Source of the DNA: Nymphaea colorata
Lineage: Eukaryota
Direction of reading: 5' to 3'
DNA: 64,000 nucleotides
NCBI RefSeq assembly: GCF_008831285.2
Contig: NC_045138.2
Coordinates: forward strand, 39,804,001 to 39,868,000
The stretch's first letter is position 1. Each line of letters starts with the position of its first letter. The notes beneath the pieces are model-generated. The model saw only the letters and a program-made list of their open reading frames with translations, was not told where the DNA came from and did no database searches. Position numbers and translations under genes: made by a program. Positions 1-17,859 of the stretch are shown here, in pieces.

Positions 1-372
1 AGGATAGTCACTAGTGTATTTCACTGACATGCAATTGAGGGGAACAAGTGTTGTTTAAAGACGACACTGAGAAATGCCTAAATGTATGCTCAGATGATGT
101 GATTATGAAAATTGAAAAGTTCCAAGCATGTCTGCAACAGTCTGGACAATTGTTTACTGATTTTGGAAATCTTTTTCAGCAAACACGGATTCAAGCTTGT
201 GAGTTTGGCTGCTACTGTACTCCACTTGTTAGTAATATCTTCCTCTGTGCAATTGGGATGGTGCTTGCTCAAAAGGCACACCCCCAGTCAGATAACTGAA
301 GTCTATTTTGGAGCCTGAATCAATTGAAAAGGCATCCTTTCCATTAACTGTATTAATTTAACATTCTTGCAG

Positions 373-1140
373 TGAGCAAAGTAAGGCAAGGATAGGTTTT
401 GCACTGAAAAGAGCTTGGAAAAGAAGGTTAAAGCGAATGTCTATGCAACAGCAGTGTTGCTTAGAATGGCAAGGAATCATTGCTGAAGCAGCAAGAATTG
501 GTGGAATTGAACAACAGGAACTAGAATGGGATAGCTATGACAAACAACAACTGGAGATTCGCCAAGCAGAACTTCAAGAGAAAGCAGAGCAAGAGAAGGC
601 GAAAGAAATTGCAAGGCAAAAGAGAGCAAAGGATAAGGCAGAGAAAAAGGTATTGTTAGCCCAAGAGCGAAAATTGAAAAAGGCAGAGAAAGCAAAAGCA
701 AGAGCTGAACAGAAGAGGGCACAAAAGGAAAAAGAAAGAAGGGGGTCCCTTTTCTCTAGAGAGCTGGTAGTCATGGCCAAGTTACCAAAGGTAACAGCTG
801 TTATGCAGAGCCGACTAAGATCAGTATGAGGTTTTGCAGATAAAACTTATATAGAGATAATTGATCCATATTTTGGTTCTGCCAATAGTGAATTACCTGT
901 TGTCACAAGTGCTTTTTCTTGTCTCAGGTTAAGAAATCTTCAATGGCAACAGCAGGCAGTGAGGATGTTACAAGTCGCTCGCAGCCTGCTGCTGAGAAAT
1001 GGGATCTGGAATTTGTAAAGAAGGAGAACATGCGAAGGGGAGTTTCACTTGCTGACCAGATACGAGCTGCGAAAATTCAAAGGGCACAGTCAGCTGGAAG
1101 ATTAACATCTAAAGGGTCTGACGAGGAGACTGAAACCTGA
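373..1140 (+). CDS. 3' part (last two coding exons) of a plant NUMOD3-motif / coiled-coil protein gene, At1g53250/At1g53800-like; 5' end lies left of the window
   Basis: Exons 373-823 (tgcag|T...TCA|gtatga) and 928-1140 (ctcag|GTT...TGA) splice in frame. Translation has EQSKARIG (NUMOD3-like), CLEWQGIIAEAARIGG..QELEWDSY, a K/E-rich coiled coil and a C-terminal SLADQIRAAK. Family assignment is from recalled motifs. Confidence 0.7.
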
Positions 1141-1241
1141 GATGGTCACGGAAATTCTTCTTCTGCCATGAAGCTTTCTTTTGAGAATACTAGGTGCCTA
1201 CCTCCCCCTTGGTCTCTGATTCAACTTTCAGCCTTCCTTCG

Positions 1242-1245
<4 letters not shown>

Positions 1246-1282
<37 letters not shown>
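1246..1282. repeat. (CT)n microsatellite
   Basis: Perfect CT dinucleotide run downstream of the stop at 1140. Confidence 0.95.
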
Positions 1283-1286
<4 letters not shown>

Positions 1287-1632
1287 GGTCATTGAAATTT
1301 TCAGGTTTATTCCCCAACATGCAAAAATTTGACCAAGAGGGGCGGATGAAAGCTGCCTCCATCTCCAGCTGACCCAGCAGGCTGCCTCGACTTAACCAGT
1401 GTTCATGGGTGTATAGGATTCCATGGCAATTTTAAGGCACGGCCATGTATGTTACTCATCGATGAGAGCAAGCAACATACTTCGCCCATCCTGGTGCCGA
1501 CGACCTCTAATCTTTGATTCAGCTGTGTCTGTTGTGCCTGTACAAATGACATTGATGTGGGCAAAGCTTATACATGTTGATGAATCTGTTTCCATCTAAC
1601 TGTGCTGAATTACGAGATCGGTTTCTGTTAAC

Positions 1633-1756
1633 GGGCGTGGGGCTGGCAGGGGCCACAGCCTCCCCTGAGATTTTTTTCAAGAAATTTGATTTGCCTCTTG
1701 TAAAAATTTTGAAAAACATAATTACCCCCACAAGAAAAAGTCTAGGCTCAGCCCCT
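1633..1756. mobile_element. Degenerate MITE, probable hAT-type family (same family as 49644-49817)
   Basis: Shares GGCAGGGGCCA..GCC.CCC head, AT-rich core and CTAGGCTCAGCCCCT tail with the other copies in the window. Confidence 0.55.
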
Positions 1757-2145
1757 CCGTTGCCCTACGAAATATGTACCATCAGCAGTGCGTCTTGACT
1801 CGTCGAAACATTTTCTTTTCTCCATGAATAATTGCTCTCCATGAATAATTGCACTCAAGATACACAACCCAACTCAAAAGCACTTAAATCCCTAGTTCTG
1901 GACGGAGATATGCAATTATACTCCACGTTGGCCTTGCGACATTCGTTCAACTTAACGAGACTTCATAAAAGTTAAACGGTAAGCTACATAGTATTCTCAA
2001 TTGGCGCGATTCGGAAATTGTTCATCAGCAACGGCAGCGTTGGATGAACCATTCTGAGAGTGAGAGAGCGAGAGAACCATTTGCTGCAATGAATTTATGC
2101 ACTTAGTGGTCGACATGTAAAAGTAATGGCACATGATAAATTACA

Positions 2146-5100
2146 TTAATTTTCTGTGCCGCTGACATCTTCACCCTCCCAATCTAATTGAAAAGAGCTT
2201 GCTGACTTTATCAACTCCGTTAACCCTGTGAGGTCCTCCAGGTACGTAGGGTGGTTTATAGCTTCGAGAACAAAATCCATTCCCCTGTTCTTAAATTCTG
2301 ACACCACCTGTATACATGTGAAGACTTATTTAATGAGAAAAATTACATACCTATAAAATAATGTTATTTTAACTTCAAGGGCGCAAAAAGAATGCTGACC
2401 AGGAGTTCCACAGTGAATAATAATTGCTTTACACACACACACACACACATATATATGAAATAAGAAATTCAACTAACTAAATCTGAAAAAAAAAACTGAG
2501 CCTGATTATGAGATATTAGGTGAAGACGCTCCGAATGATCCTAGGACAATCAAATAACTTCAAAATACGTACCATATACATCCTACTACAAGCAAATGAC
2601 TTCAAAACAACACACGAGCATAAGCACCCACACAGACAAATCTGTAAGTGTGTGTGCCATTGTTTATTCATCAAAAACCATATCCCAGTAAAAAGTGGGA
2701 TACAAGTTATGATGCTACTAGCTTCAAATAACTTGAAAAAAAATTGGAAATACGTGCTAATCAATAAAACCAATTTTGGATGTCTTTAATACTGGTCGAA
2801 TTCATTTAATAACATATCCACACAAAAAAATTTTAGAATAGGAACTACATGCCAGCATCCATTTCCATGCGTTTATTGAGCACCAGGCAAACAGACCAAG
2901 ATTCTGCTATGTGTGTCTGTGTGTGTGTGTGTGTGTGGGGGGGGGGGGGTGTGAAAGAGAGAGAGGAGCAACAATTGATTAATTGAGCATATAAACTATA
3001 GGGAGAAATTGCATACATACAAACATTGAAAACAGCTTTTTCTTAAATTTTGACGTAAGAAAAATTAGAATACGGCAAAAAAACTCACTGTTGCAGAGCA
3101 GGCAGTGCAAATGTTAGAAGCATGTCCAATGAGGGTAAATTGAGAAAACTGAGAAAGGGAACCACGAATCTGATGTGGCAAAATCTCCAGTGATTGCCCG
3201 TCATCTCCCAAAGACGAGTTAGCAGCATCAGCTGGAGCGTTTATGCTGTTAATTACCAATATATGCATCAGCCTCAATTAAAGGAAGAACATGAAATGTA
3301 ACCCAGATATTAATTTTAACAGTCGGCAAAATGCTGTGATAAAAACAGAACTACCCATGCCCATAACCTAGAATGAGTGTCAATTACAGCCACTTATGCA
3401 CCTTGTCACACTAGAGCCTACTGCTCTAGATGTTGGCAAAATGATAGCTCCAGATATCTTGGCAGCGTTAAGCACCTTAATGATTAATAGTCAGAGGCAT
3501 ATATTGTTTCCTAGATGGTTCTGAGTTGGAACATCTCCCCAAGTATGTCTAAGTGTGGTATATGAAGATATCAAAACTGTCAGTTAAAAGTATCCAGCTC
3601 TAGGAAGTAGGAACTGTACCCATCTGGGTGTTGGAGAATTTCCACTAGTAGCTCCACAGCAAGAGAAGCAGCAATTGGAGCAAGGCCAGGACGTGTAACA
3701 GTACACTGTTGATCAAGTGTGCGGTTTGTAGTTGACTGAAGACAGCAGAAAGAAAATAAAATGTCTCATAGTGTTAATTCCTGAAATGGCATGCCAGTAA
3801 CAGTAAGAACAGCATAAGTAGAATTAATGATCATTAGGTTTTTCAGTAATTACATCAGTAGGAGCAACAACATCATTGCAAAAATAACAGCCAAGACGAG
3901 GTCGTTGGTCGGAGGCTAGACCAGAGTGCTCAGTTTCTCCACCTTTAGCTCCAGACAGGGTAGGAGTTGAAGAAGGTGGTGCAGAACCATGGCGCATGAC
4001 CAGGAAACTGTCAAATCCCAACGCAGCAGTTATTGCAATCTGCAAATAAGGTGCAACAATCAATCAACTTAAAAGAATCACCCTGCCTTAAGCAATAAAC
4101 AACAATAAGACAAAACAACTAGATGCACAAATAGAAGCCAAAGATTGTAGTGCTAGTGTTCTACACCACTGAAAAGGATCCGACATAAAGATGGATAAAA
4201 CATGCATGTCCTTGTTGCATGATGTCCGCTGAATTTCAGATTGAGATCAACACAGTATGTGTTAAATGTGCATAGACAAGTTTATGCTAAAAATACAGCC
4301 ATCAAAGCGATTCCTTGCTTCCAAAATACATAAAACAAAAGTAAGTGCACGTTGTGCTTGTGACAATAAATTTAGGCGATCAGTATGAAGTCATACTCCC
4401 AATGTTCGAGCAAAAAGTTTTCGTCCAAAACATCCCACAAAACAACTTCATCATCCCAAGTTAGCACCAAGTCTCAAAGATAACATTTCATCAAATATCC
4501 TCAATTGACACATCAATGAATGATGGAACTAAAAGGATGACATAGACTTCAGATGAATAAAATCTCATGGTTTTCCTTATGGAGCAATTACTTGGTTAGG
4601 AAAGAAAAATCTTTAATAGCAGAAGCACAGTATTCAGATCATTGGATCATTTCATTAATTTATAACACACATGTTTCATGATTAAATCTTCAATTCAGCT
4701 CATTCTTAAGTTCCATATGTGCTAAATATAAAAGCATCATTTTCAGATCCAGATAATAATTGATGAAACTACACACACTGCAGATACATTTAAAACTTGT
4801 AATCACTAAAAATTTGTTTCAGGCATTTTCAAGATTTAGTATGGAGGTTAATTACCTTAGTTTCACCTACAGATATTTCTGCAACCTTTAATAACAAATA
4901 TGGCATAAATAAGATGTTCTCAATATTCAAAATGACATAAATTGATCATTTTACCTTTGTGACCATGCTAACAATATGAACAACAAAAAGTGGATAGTTC
5001 ACCTTATTAGAAGCCGCACTAAGAAGTGTCGGAAGCCAACGACTCTCTCTTGTATCAGTAAGCAAGAAAACTATGTCATGTGAATCAATCAAGCTTTGAA

Positions 5101-8100
5101 GACGCAAGAAATCCTCAAGGACATTAGGTGCCTCTTTAACTGAAACCGGATGCCCTGGCATTGGAATGGCCATTGCAACTCCTTCTGCTTCCTGAAAAAA
5201 CAACATGAGGATTAGTAGATGATACACACCATACCAACTTACCAACCAATAAAATAAAGGTCAAGGACATTACCACACCAGGAAATATGTGCTTTAAGCT
5301 CTTCACAGCCGCAATGACTTTTAACTCACCACCGTTGATACAATCTTCAAACGTATACAACGATTGTCGCAATGGGTTTGACATAGCAACTCGACCACTA
5401 TCTAGCAGTGTGATCTTCCGAACACCCCAAGCCTTCAAGTGGACATAAAATATTTGCATCATTGACTGGACAGAGTGATAATTGAACATTTTTAACAAGC
5501 ATACACACTTACCATTAGCATTCGTGCAACCTGGCAACCAAGTGTACCAGCTCCCAAGAGAAGACACTTAGTGTTAGAAAGGACATGTAAATCAAGTGCT
5601 GGCCAAGCACGCCACCTCATAAGTTTCAAATTCAGATCTGCTGCAGAAACCGCCAACCTGAGGAAATCTTTTGACAACTTAGACTGCAAACAGAAAGAGA
5701 GTCTTTAAATGGTCAAATTGCCAATGCCATAAATACCTAATTGGATCTAGGGACGAAGCAAGATCCATACATCTGGATGTAGACTTCCCTTTGTATGATT
5801 CCCATCCCACTGCTTTAGGGAAAAATTGAGAAGTTTTCCACTCTGAAAGAGATATGCCAGTTAAGTATGCACAGTGACTATCAACATAAATTCAGCAATT
5901 ATACAAGAGTAAATAAATGAAGAAAGGAGACTTTACCCATTCTCTGTCTCGCTACCTTGTGGAATTGCAACCAACGTTTCGCCAACAATGGAGTTATTCA
6001 AATCAGCTAAACCATGTTTTTCTCGATAACATAGAAAGCGAACCTTCTCTAACTTCCACCTTGAACAAATAAATGCGAGAAAGTTTCGGAGAGGCCAACC
6101 AGGGTTGCTGGGAAGATGACAGGGGTCATAGAAGCCAAACAACATCTGCAAGTAATCAAGCAAAAAGAAACAGAAAGAATTAGTGTTTTCATCCTTTGGC
6201 ATATCTATGCATTTAATGCTCGCATAAAATTTGATAACTTTAAGTTTCAAGGCAAAAAAAGGATATGTGAGAATGATTAGGCACAGATAATACATTAACA
6301 AACTTAGAGTTATGTGAGCTAACCTTATTACAATCATGCTGGCAAGTTGCCCAATCTCTGAGAGGCCTAAGAGTTACACGTGAATTGGAATATATACTTA
6401 TCAGAAAGAATGGCGTGGCTGCATTGAAATTCAATATTCATTACACGATCAAACCATCCAAGAGAGGAAAAGTAGATCAAAAAACATATGAAAATAGGTG
6501 AATGCTAAACCTGCAGTCAAGCTTGAACTGCGCCATTCATTGCAAGCAGCTGATAGAGATTCTCTCTGTGGGACAAACAATTACCATGTAGATGTAATTT
6601 GTAAGAAGTGAATAAAGTAAGAAACTGCCTTGCTTTGCAGAAAGCAACAGCAGGCCGACCATGACTAGGAAGGATCTGCATGTCCATACCTCTTCAGGAC
6701 TAAAGAAATCTGTGGCTGGCTTCCAATCAGTGACAATTGCTGGAGGATCAAGTACTAGACCTGGAAATGCAAACCAGTAGCGGAAGGTCCACTTTTTCAA
6801 ATCAGCATATGAGATAAGAAGGAAACGTGAAAGAACAGAGCAATCCTCCTCCGCCCTTCCAGAATTAATATCCTCCCATATCTGAGGTACCAATGTATTA
6901 GAACATGTAAAACAACTAGCAAATGAAATTGATGAGCAACTTATGAAGAAAAATTATCTGCACGACAAAGCTTGACAATAAAATTATAATAAGATTTAAG
7001 AGAAAAGAATGTGAATGTTACGATACAGCACCTTCTTTGCTTCACTTTTTAGAAGACTCTGTCTATCAAGTGCATGAAAGCTTTCCAGTGTATTCATATT
7101 ATAGAGGACACCTGGAACGGGACACCGGTTCCTATTCCCTAGCGACAATTCATTTGATGTTGACTGACCATTTGGATCGGGTGGTAATGATTCAGCAAGA
7201 AGCTTCAAATGGTTTGAAACTTGATCGTGAGAACATGGTGCATAAAAACCTGTCAAGTTATTGTACATTTTCAGGTAATCATACATCAACTAGGGAAAGG
7301 ATCACGCATCCAGTTCAAGGAACAATTGATTTTAGTCCATAGTTCTAGTGACATATATGGTTGCGCATATCTATAAGAAGACACCAACTACCAACGTAGA
7401 GGGCACAGAGGAAATCAATGGAGCTTGGCCAACTTCAACGTTCACAATGCAAGGAGAATGTGAAAAATAACCATGGTAACAATCTGGGCACAAATCATTG
7501 TTGAAATCAAAAGTCCTCAGGCTAAACAGGAGTTCAAATTATCGATCCTGAAGAGCAATGACGACCCTCTAGCAGCTTAACGACGAGAGAAAGAATGGGT
7601 TAAAATCTAATATGAAGGGTTGACCAGAATTAGCTGAAAAACCAAAAACACTGTATTATACAAAGAAGCTTCAGCAAATCAAGACGTTCCTCATGAGAAA
7701 AAGAAATTCCTCACCGGAACAAAGTGACAACGAGAAAGGAGGGAGGGACAAAATATATCGCATACGAAGAGAAAATTCATCCAAAAAAACAACCACTCAA
7801 AAGGAAAAAATGAATAAAACAACAGCAGGCCGGACGATGATACCGATCTCGCGTTCGTGTAACTGAAGAATCCAAAAGGCAAGCGGTAAAAATAGGGCTT
7901 TAACTCTTTTCTTTTTCCTAAGGGAAAGGAAAGAAAGAGAAAGGTGCCTGTGATGCTGATGGGGGCCTGATCGAGACCCAGAGTATTAAGTTTCAGGGAG
8001 GAGAGGCGTCTCCAGAACCCTTCATCGACGGAGCTCTGGAAAGGCGCAAACTGGAGGATCGGATTCTTCGATGCGTTTCCCGCGGAGGAGGAGGAGGAAG

Positions 8101-8122
8101 AAGAAGAAGAAGAGGCCGCCAT
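2146..8122 (-). CDS. ATG7: Autophagy E1-like enzyme ATG7, complete, 14 exons
   Basis: Exons (minus strand): 8122-7948, 7249-7032, 6881-6690, 6565-6511, 6418-6324, 6145-5956, 5842-5737, 5657-5513, 5432-5274, 5191-5003, 4039-3854, 3735-3620, 3245-3089, 2307-2146 (TAA). Motifs: [63 protein letters not shown], catalytic [30 protein letters not shown]. Intron 1 is GC-AG, the rest GT-AG. Confidence 0.97.
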
Positions 8123-8508
8123 GGTCAACGATCGATCAGGAACAAGCCGCTCGATTCTCTCGCTCTCTCTCTGTGGGAGACCGATCTCAACAAGGGAGTG
8201 ACGATTATGAATCTCATCCGACGAAGCAGCGGCTCACCGACCCCGAGACGCGGGTATGGAGTCGAATCTTGTGAGTAATCGAGCCGGTGTGAAGCCAACG
8301 GTCGTGGGACTTGCTGAGGTAAACGTCGTTTCATAAACCACGGTCACTTAACCAGCAACTGTGGCGAAGTCTTATTTGCCAACTTATCAACTGCAAACTT
8401 ATTATATACACAATGCAATCTAACCCAAGACCATGAAAATATATTAACTAAGTAAATGCAAAAATTATGACATCGTTTTTTTTTAATGCTGAAGTTTTTG
8501 CTTCTTTG

Positions 8509-8518
8509 CTGACGTCAG
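8509..8518. promoter_or_regulatory. Palindromic C-box (CTGACGTCAG), candidate bZIP/TGA site upstream of ATG7
   Basis: Perfect 10-bp palindrome containing TGACGTCA about 390 bp upstream of the ATG7 start codon. Confidence 0.35.
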
Positions 8519-10088
8519 TGTTTAAAAACAATACACATCTTAACTATCCACTATTTATAATTCAGAAGAATAGCACTCAAAAAAATCGAAACTACTGTGC
8601 TTTCACCAGCCCACCAATTCGACCAACAACATTAACTCTCCTCAAGGCTTTGATTAAGAATCCTTATTATTCATAGATCCCCTTATTAAAATTAACGCAA
8701 AAACTTTAAAGTGGGCAAGGGTTTGACATTTGTATCATGAAAAAGTTTTCTAAGGGCATTATCTACAGCTCACAATTGGCCCTTTGTGTGATCAAAAGGT
8801 GGGTAAGGGTCCACATTTTTGTCATGAAAAAGTTTTCAAGATGAGGGCAAACCCAGGACTACTTCTCTAAGCCATGAAAGCGTCAGGTGACCTAGTTTGA
8901 GTTAGTCCACTACATTAAGTTGAAAACATAAAGAGTCCATATTTTGCAAAGCTAATCGCTTGAATGTAGCCCACCTTTATCACGAGAGAGAGAGTAAATG
9001 GTGCCATCCTATAGCAATATAAGAATGAAAGAGATGTAAGACAGGTGGAATGGGTAGGAAACCTGCAGGCTAAGCAGCGCTGAGGGGCCACAAGTGGAAC
9101 TCAGAGTAAGCACTGCACGCCCTAACTCGTTCTATTAGAATTCAGAATTTTTAGGTCGGGGTGGGCACTCGCCCACCTTAAGCCCAATGTGGCTCTGCCC
9201 GTAGGTAAGTCAGTTAGGGGAATAAGAGGCTCGTCAATCTAGTGAGGGGGGTTCCAACTTGCCATCTTTCACTTTAGGACCTTTAAATTGAAAGAGTACA
9301 AAGAAGGCAAGTTAGGAAACGCAGGAGTGTACATCTAGCGAAAATGTTGTGGGATTTTATTAAACCTTTGCCTATTGAGCCAGACGGGAGACGATAAAAA
9401 GGTTAGTTGGCTTGGGATCGAATTATTCCTACAATGGTTATATCAGTTCATTCTTCATGATATGACCGAGTTTTTCTACTTATACGCAGAATATGGATCC
9501 GCGCCAGTTTTAGGCGAACCCCCAAATAACTTGCACCAACAGTTTTTCAGCTCAGATTGGAACATACTACTAATAATTCATAGAGAATATGGCATAAAAT
9601 GGGGAAAAATAGAGAATGGGATATTGGTTGAGTAGGATTTGCAGCTGCTCTCAACAATGCTTCCTGGAATTGTAGTGATGCCTCAAAGATCATTTTGAAC
9701 TCGGCAACAAACCTTTCCCTGCCAAAGAAAAAGGAGAGAGAAAAGGCAAAAGGGCGGAGAATTTGACGATAATAAAGTTGGGTTAGGGTTGTTATCCGGG
9801 ACGAGCAACGCAAATAAAACTAAAAGGTGAATGTAGAGTAGATAATGAGTCAGATCACATATCTAAATAAAAAAAAATTAAGATATTAGTGGATTACAAT
9901 TTGTTCATTTGTGTGCCTGTAAGTGCGTTTTCACATGGGAATAGTTCTCAATTGACAGCTTTTCTTTTTTTATTTTGTGTGCTACTGATCAAGAAACATT
10001 GAAAGGTACAACAGGCTGGGAAGGAGCATTTAGCACATCCTCTGTAACAATTAGATAGGCCCATTAACTCAAAGATAATTGTCCACAC

Positions 10089-15574
<5,486 letters not shown>

Positions 15575-15645
15575 CGCCGATTGCTGGAGTGACACGGAGA
15601 GAGAGAGATGGAGAGAGAATAGGAGGAGGAGGAGACAATGAATGA

Positions 15646-15675
15646 GGCGGGAAAAGACTGTGTTTTCCCGCCAAA
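15646..15675. promoter_or_regulatory. Two E2F consensus sites in inverted orientation upstream of MCM4
   Basis: GGCGGGAAA at 15646-15654 and TTTCCCGCC(AAA) at 15664-15675, 70-100 bp upstream of the MCM4 ATG. MCM genes are canonical E2F-DP targets. Confidence 0.8.
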
Positions 15676-17859
15676 TCGAGCGTGTGGGGAAGAGAGAGAG
15701 AGCGCGGGAGACGTTAGGGCTTTATCTAGGGGTGTTCGTCTACGTGGAAAGAGTCCGGGTCTGTGATCGTCCGTTTATCCGGAGATGGACGGTTGACGTT
15801 GACACCCTGCTTTTTTGTTCATTTGCGGTATTGTCCGTCCATCTCGCGATCGACGGTTCTCTACGTTTAGTTGGTTGCCGTTTCACAATGAACCAAAATG
15901 GTTGTGAAAGTAACTGCGGAAACAAGCCCTTCTCCAAATATAAATTTATCTTCACGCAGAAAAACTTTACCCTATTGTGATTTGTGACGCCTGATTTCGC
16001 CCAAGGAACAAGGCCAGTCGCCTCGTTCTTACACGTTACTCCTTTGGCCGTCTTCACAATGCGTTCCTCTTGTTCCTAGTAACATCTGTATAGGTGGCAG
16101 TGTGTAATTGCGGGCTGTATACTCGCGTGGGTTACCTCGCCTTGCTTGTCCGCCCTTCTGTACTTGAAAAAAAAAAAAAATCCATGTGAAATCTGTTTTT
16201 TTGGTCGTTCAGCTCTATCAATTACAATTAAGCTGTGATCCTCTCTGATTTTTCAAGTTTTTTTTTTTCCAATTTAAGTGGTCATTGTAAGAAGATAGAC
16301 TACATAGAGTTGTTTTTTGGACTAAAAGGCTTTTATAGTTTCTATTTCTTGCACATCAGCATGTTAAATTGTTTACAACCATAATGCTATTGATGAAATC
16401 TACATTGATCTTGCTTTTGCTTTGTTAAGGTGGGAGCTTTTAAACTAAGATAATCAATTTTATGTTGAATTGCCTTTTGTTAAAATGAGCTTTTTTTTAG
16501 CCTTCTAATCTCTTCCTTCACTTTTATAGTCATCTCAGTGCTTTTGCATATGCATCTGTTCTATCTTTGATGCTTGTGTTTAGTTTGCTGCCATTGAACC
16601 TTAATGGGCAATAGCATTTATAACTGAAGCAACTGAACAGTGTGACGCTTCTTGTTCTTAATGGTTGTTTGTCGTTACAATTCACTGCTTCTTGGAGGGT
16701 TGATTACTTGTGTACTAATAAGACTGGACATTGTTGGGTGTTTATTTATTTGGTGTGTCACCTTGGCCCTCGACGTGCCAAAATTTTGTTAAGGCCAAGT
16801 TAAAAACCTATATGAGTTAAAAACTTTCGAGTTTTTTTATTATTTAGAGATTATGTAAATATGAAAATATGTTTTCTTATTATCAAACTAATAAATAATT
16901 TTATGGAAATATATATTTGTTTTTATTAAACTAATAAACACAGTTTATGAATTATATTTCTCATTCATCACACACACATCAAAATGAGAATCGAAAATTT
17001 TTTTCCCATTCATTTTTTTCAAGAATTATATTTATAGAAATATATTTCCAATTAGAATTTTCCAGGCCATCAAATGCCACCTTATTGATGACATTCTTGA
17101 AAAAAAATAGTGTGGAGCAATGAAACAAGACAATTAACACATCTTATTCCTCTTTACATATCATCGGTTAACTTCGTTGACCTAAACTTTGTATTTGTTG
17201 TTATCTGTAAGTTTATTGTGAAGATTGAATTGTGACTTTAAATAAGTTGTCCACCCAGCTAACAAGGGCTGTCTGTGATGTACATTTTCGTCATTTATTT
17301 CTAATTTATATTTTTTGTTTATTTATTTTTCTATCAACCAAACCATCCATCTGTTTTGTGAATAGTTCTGATTAGATGAGTTACACTTGATTGCAATTTT
17401 TCCATAAAAATAAAGCAAAAAATTACACCAAACTACGATAACAAAGCAAAATAATATCCAAGCACATTACGGGCGCGAGATATAAACACTCTTTTTTTTT
17501 TATATCAAAAACACAATATTGTTAAAATATTAAGATCATGTGCTTCAAGAATACCATATTATTAGAAACCCCTGCATCAATTTATCTGCCGGCATTTTTA
17601 TCGGTCTATGCGTTTAGCGACATTGCCACCCAATAACGGCGATAGTTTTCCGCAAGGTCTGGCCAAGGGAACGGTAAAAAGTTAAAAAGCGAAAAGCCAA
17701 ACGTAGGATAAAGGATTGCATCTGGAGCTTGATGGACGACCGAGTCAGCTCCTCCCGATTGTGTTCACTTCCAGTTCCCCACTCAGCAAACGTCCTACTT
17801 TCGTACGTTTCCACAGGCCGCGGGTGAACAGCAACAAAGCGGAGAGGAAGGCGCGGGAG

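Noticed and set aside
48..299. 83-aa ORF at the window start
   Set aside because: No recognisable motif or in-frame splice to the exon at 373; treated as intronic, though an alternative exon cannot be excluded.
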